A stretch of DNA of 63,815 nt, filler included, from Craspedostauros australis (Eukaryota): assembly GCA_030167865.1 (NCBI GenBank). It is 5 parts of 5 records of this genome, joined end to end, with 100 filler letters (N's around TTAATTAATTAA, not from the genome) between each part and the next. Parts side by side here need not be neighbours in the genome. Positions count along the whole stretch, not along the records: positions 32,771 to 61,280 come from JALAGF010000909.1; positions 61,381 to 63,815 come from JALAGF010000915.1; 3 more parts are not named here. One strand, written 5' to 3'. Position numbers and translations under genes: made by a program. Below are positions 59,615 through 63,815 of the stretch, piece by piece (positions within the stretch are counted from its first letter, which is position 1; every line of letters starts with the position of its first letter). The notes beneath the pieces were generated by a model, which was not told where the DNA came from, ran no database searches, and saw nothing but the letters and a program-made list of their open reading frames with translations.

Positions 59615-60514
59615 ATGAAGCAAGGAGATGCAGAGCGATCTTTTCGCGCAGTGAATGGATTCCAGAGTCTGGTGGCAACACCAGATTCCGGTGACACCAA
59701 GGCGTCAACTGCGGCTGCTGGTGATGGGCCGCTGCTGCAATGGTACTGCCCACCCGATGGATGGACGACCGAGTCCGATGCGGATGACACCGCCGAGGAT
59801 GCGAAGGCGAAGCGAGAGGGAAGGGATGGATGGTGGAAGCTCATTTCGGTGCAGGTTGGAAACAAGTTGCAAATTGGCGCGCCTGCTAAGAAGGACTTCT
59901 GGAGGAAGACGTATTACGAGCCGCTGCTCATAAAAGACGATGGCCCATTCCTTCACACCGTCGTATCGCAGGCACACTTCCCGATCACGATCACAACCCG
60001 CTTCACCATCAAACCGAATTGTCAATTTGATCAGGTCGGGGTCCTCCTGCGTCTGAACCACGAGCACTGGATCAAGACGGGCATCGAGGTCGTCGATGGT
60101 GTCCCTCGCTTGTCCTGCGTCACCACGAACGGCTTCAGCGACTGGTCCACGCAGACCTGGGATAGTCTTAGCGCATGCATCCGTGTGCATTGCATGTCGC
60201 AGCATGGCGGCAGCTACGTCGTCGAGGCCGCGTCGTACCCAGCGGACGCCAAGGATGACAAAGTGATCGATTGGGACTCTCTGGATTGGACGATGATGCG
60301 CATCTGCCACATGAACAAGGACATGAATCACGCGCTGCTCAATGAGCATCCCACCGTACAGAACGCCTTCGAAGGCCCAGCCGCGCCTGATGGCTGCATC
60401 ATGGCCGGTCTCTTCGCGGCCTGTCCCGAGGATCAGAAGGGCACAGTCGCCACCTTCGATGGTTTGAGCATCACCCAAGGAACCTCCTTCGAACACAACG
60501 CCGATTGTCTTTGA
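59615..60514 (+). CDS. DUF1349 / Ree1-like concanavalin-A-fold protein
   Basis: Motifs KKDFWRKTYY, FDQVGVLLR....HWIKTGIE..DG, SCVTTNGFSDWS and AGLFAACP. Confidence 0.85.
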   Translation: MKQGDAERSFRAVNGFQSLVATPDSGDTKASTAAAGDGPLLQWYCPPDGWTTESDADDTAEDAKAKREGRDGWWKLISVQVGNKLQIGAPAKKDFWRKTYYEPLLIKDDGPFLHTVVSQAHFPITITTRFTIKPNCQFDQVGVLLRLNHEHWIKTGIEVVDGVPRLSCVTTNGFSDWSTQTWDSLSACIRVHCMSQHGGSYVVEAASYPADAKDDKVIDWDSLDWTMMRICHMNKDMNHALLNEHPTVQNAFEGPAAPDGCIMAGLFAACPEDQKGTVATFDGLSITQGTSFEHNADCL

Positions 60515-60973
60515 TTGACACCACGAGTACTCGTACCAGTAGGACTGTCCGTAGGCACCATAGATCGGACTGAATGGGATCATACCGTGATGTAGTAGTC
60601 TCTCTCTCTCTCTCTCTCTCTGCGATAAAGAGAAGGAGGCATCAGACACAAGAGAAGATGGAGAATATGCTGCGCATTTTTGCGGTGCTCTGGTGTGGAA
60701 TGCACAGAATGATCAATGTCACCACCACCATAGCCAACGATAGGGAACGGTGGTCTACGATCAAAACAGAGTCCTGAGGTGGATGATGTATGGCATTGGT
60801 GGGCATGTGTGTCCCGTTGGTGGTGTCAAACAGTGCAAGTAACTACGAAAGACGTATTGGCCCGTTGTTTCGTGCCCTGGTCGGAGCTCTTGTTGTTTAT
60901 TTGTGAGTGCTGTCCGAAGACAGCCCCCGACCAGTATTTGACTANNNNNNNNNNNNNNNNNNNNNNNNNNNNN

Positions 60974-61280
60974 GAATTCTGTGAGAATTGTCACGCCCCT
61001 TGATCTCGAGGTAGACCTGCATAGAACAGAGTTGTGACAAATGATGTGAGTTCTGGCTTTGCCAGCGCCTTCGTGAGCATATCTGCAAAGTTCCGCTTTG
61101 ATGGGACATAGACTGGGACAAGGATTCCAGCTCCCACCGCTTCGCGGACTCTGTGGAATGAGATTGCCACGTGCTTCTTTTGAAGCAAGCTGTCTGCAAT
61201 GGTCGTGTTCGATATCACTGCATTGTTGTCGCCGAACGTGATCGTTGGCGCTTTGACTGTGACTCCCAGAGATCGGAGTG
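60974..61280 (-). mobile_element. Copia retrotransposon RNase H C-terminus, polypurine tract and start of 3' LTR
   Basis: LRSLG...FGDNNAVI...KKHVAISFHRVRE...YVPSKRNFADMLTKAL, then on the minus strand AAGGGGCG followed by TGACAATTC. Confidence 0.88.
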
Positions 61281-61380
61281 NNNNNNNNNNNNNNNNNNNN
61301 NNNNNNNNNNNNNNNNNNNNNNNNTTAATTAATTAANNNNNNNNNNNNNNNNNNNNNNNNNNNNNNNNNNNNNNNNNNNN
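61281..61380. other. Artificial contig-joining linker
   Basis: N44-TTAATTAATTAA(61325-61336)-N44. Confidence 0.95.
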
Positions 61381-63411
61381 GAGAGTTATCGCTTGTAACG
61401 TTAAGCCATCCCCTGACCCTGTCGATGTGACATGGATTGGGAAGCCTCCCCAAACCTACGCCGTAACATTGAATCTTGGAAGGATTGGAATGAATCATAG
61501 TAATTGTACGATGACGTCATCAAGGATGTCTAGCCTTATCTATGCTTTAGGGTGGCCTTCCTCGGTGCAAGATTCTGACAATAGGAATTCTGATCTTCTC
61601 CGTTTTTGTTTCCATTCACAGCAAGCAAAAATGGATGTTCAACGCTTCCACATGCATGTTCGTGCTTGTTGGTATCGTTGCCTCCTGTTCCGTTTCAGTG
61701 TTTCTGCCATGCGGGTCATATGTAGGACTTGCCTTGAGTGTGTTCTCACCCCAGATTTCCCCAAAGCACAGCCCCAACCATCCTCCATCCCCAGACCGCC
61801 GTCGGCCCATCCACTGGCAGACAGAGGTGACCCACAAGCTCTGGTACATGGCACTGCAACAGCGGTCTAGACGAAACCACGCGCTTCACAAGGAGGGAGA
61901 GCGCGATGTGATGTCCCAGCGCATTCGAGTCTACTGTCAAACCCTCCAAGAGCCGCCACCGTGGGCCGTCTTCACCCAACTTCGTCAGCTCGCCCAGCAG
62001 GTCCCAACATCGAAGCCACAACAGGCAGAATGACTGCTCACTCTGCTACATGCCATGTCCCACATCGCAGCTTCCGTTCCCCCAGTGCAAACAGCGTGGA
62101 TGCGTTGCCACGTCTCCCAGCCCGCAAGCTGGATCCCCGCAGCTGACCATGTGAGCGCTGCCCCATCTCCTTCCGTTGATGTCCAGTGACATTTAGCGTA
62201 CCGCACATGCTCTCATTACACCTCCATCATCCAATGCACACAATCGAATACACCACAAGGACAGCAACCTACCCAACATCATCTGTCCCCACTGCATGAA
62301 TGAATAAATAACTCAAGGATTAAACCTTCTTATGAGGCTGCGCCGGTGGCGCTTTCTCCGACTCCTTTAAACTTCGTGCAGGGCGCGAAGGGAGCTCGGA
62401 ATCCATGTATCATTGGATATATATTGTATGTATCTCAGTCGTCCACTGTGCAGCTACTCGCGCTGTTGCTGGGGGCCAGGTGAACATGTGTTAGCAAGTT
62501 CCATGATTGGAAGCCTACGATTGTGGAAGATGGTGTTGGTTGATAGTCGTTCGTTTGCCATTTCATTTCTTGGCTACTCCAATCCTCTCGGTGTCCGTTC
62601 TCTTGCCCGATGCTCTTGGCGCATTTGTCTGTTTCATAGATTAGGTCTCCAACTATGAGTTGGTACATGAGATGCTCTCTTGCTGCTCTTCGTATTCTCT
62701 CTCTCTCTCTCTCTCAATATCGTGTGCTTCGTGCTACGCGATACTCCGTGTTCAATGCGTACTCCGCACTCAACACTCCGTTTGTTCATTCCTGGTTCCT
62801 ACTCCATGAGTACTTACCATTTGAACTCCTGTTCGTGTATCCATGATCTCGATGCCGTTCGGTCATTGAATCTTCACCTTCTGACTTGGAGACAGATGTC
62901 GACATGGTGACACGATGACATCCTGTCGACGTCAGTAGGCGTCCTTCTGCTCTCCAGATGTCACGTTCCATTGATGATGCGATGGTCTGTCAGATGATAT
63001 CGTCATCTGGGGTTAGTTGGGAGGTACCTCCAGCTTCGCTCGATACCATACGTTTCCATTGGTGGATGGACGGACGATCTTCTGATTCTCTCAGAAATCG
63101 TCGATTGCAAATTTCCTCCAGAAATCTTGATCTTTTTCGTGTGTTCCATTTCCGCTGTAATTCTGACGAATCACAGAATACTATCGACACGAGTATAGTT
63201 ATACCGTCCAAGTGCGTATGAGAGAATAACGGGTGAACGATGCACATATACTCGTACATCTTGACATATACTCACATGTACATCTCGACAAGATGGCCTG
63301 TGAACGGATCAATGATGAGGAACCTCCAGGAAGCCGGTGAAGTGATCGGCGAAGTAATGGGAGAAACGACAGGAGAAGCATCGGAGATGATCGGAGATGT
63401 GTAATGGTCGA

Positions 63412-63815
63412 TGTTGGAAATCCGGGGTTATTGTTAGTACTGTAATCTAATCCGCTGTTAGAAACTGTGCCGTTTTAGAACTGTGAGCTCAATCTCACTT
63501 TCTCTTCCGATTTCGTTCTTCTTGGTAGGCATCTGTCGCGGTGGCGACACGGGGCGCCCTGTTGTCTCTTAGGTGCTTCTCTCCCCATTCATCATGCTCT
63601 GTTCCTGCTTCTTTGTCTTGGCATCGTTGTTGCTTGCCTCTGCATCGTCGTAGCTGTCTACGCTTGCATGGTAGGGATCTGCAGTCCTGAGCACTTGCCT
63701 ATCACATGTTTCCGTTGTTGATCTCATGACGCCATCGTCCCACGATCGATGTCAACCTTGGTGATGTTCCAAACCTGCGGATGTTCTGATCCTTTCTGAT
63801 GTTCCAAACCTGTGG
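63412..63815 (+). mobile_element. LTR-like dispersed repeat, copy 2 (runs off window end)
   Basis: Begins TGTTGGAAATCCGGGGTTA and is homologous to 32306-32670. It ends in a short tandem duplication of TGATGTTCCAAACCTG. Confidence 0.75.

Noticed and set aside
62400..63400. Possible decayed Gypsy integrase (METYGIER..TNP on minus strand)
   Set aside because: Only a few residues resemble it among multiple stops, which cannot be told from chance by eye.
32306..63815. One giant LTR element enclosing the host genes between the two repeats
   Set aside because: The copies are clearly diverged and separated by two contig linkers and ordinary housekeeping genes.

Overview
This is eukaryotic nuclear DNA, most likely from a diatom or related stramenopile. 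The evidence is GT-AG introns, signal peptides followed by ASAFAP-type plastid motifs, a cyclase-phosphodiesterase fusion and an HSF-family gene. The window is not one contiguous locus: four artificial 100-bp linkers (N44-TTAATTAATTAA-N44) at 22119, 28150, 32671 and 61281 join separate contigs. About 17 protein genes can be modelled: a sulfotransferase-like protein, a multifunctional purine enzyme, CLPTM1, a membrane cyclase-PDE, a PAS protein, a cupin-DUF952 fusion, FAS1, a membrane cyclophilin-like protein, a RibD_C reductase, an MHS-family MFS transporter, an HSF, RanBP1, a PEX22-like protein, a beta-carbonic anhydrase, ATG10, a HAD-like plastid protein and DUF1349. Copia retrotransposon pieces and two copies of an LTR-like repeat are also present. 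The strongest lead is the purine enzyme. Its domain order is GARS-GART-AIRS, and it begins with a ~155-aa domain that by eye resembles a catalytically degenerate lumazine synthase fold, a candidate self-assembly scaffold. Other leads are a beta-CA whose first zinc-ligand Cys is Ser, a palindrome array just upstream of the MFS gene, and an unexplained insert plus an in-frame stop in the Copia gag-pol. All family calls come from motif recognition by eye; no searches were run.
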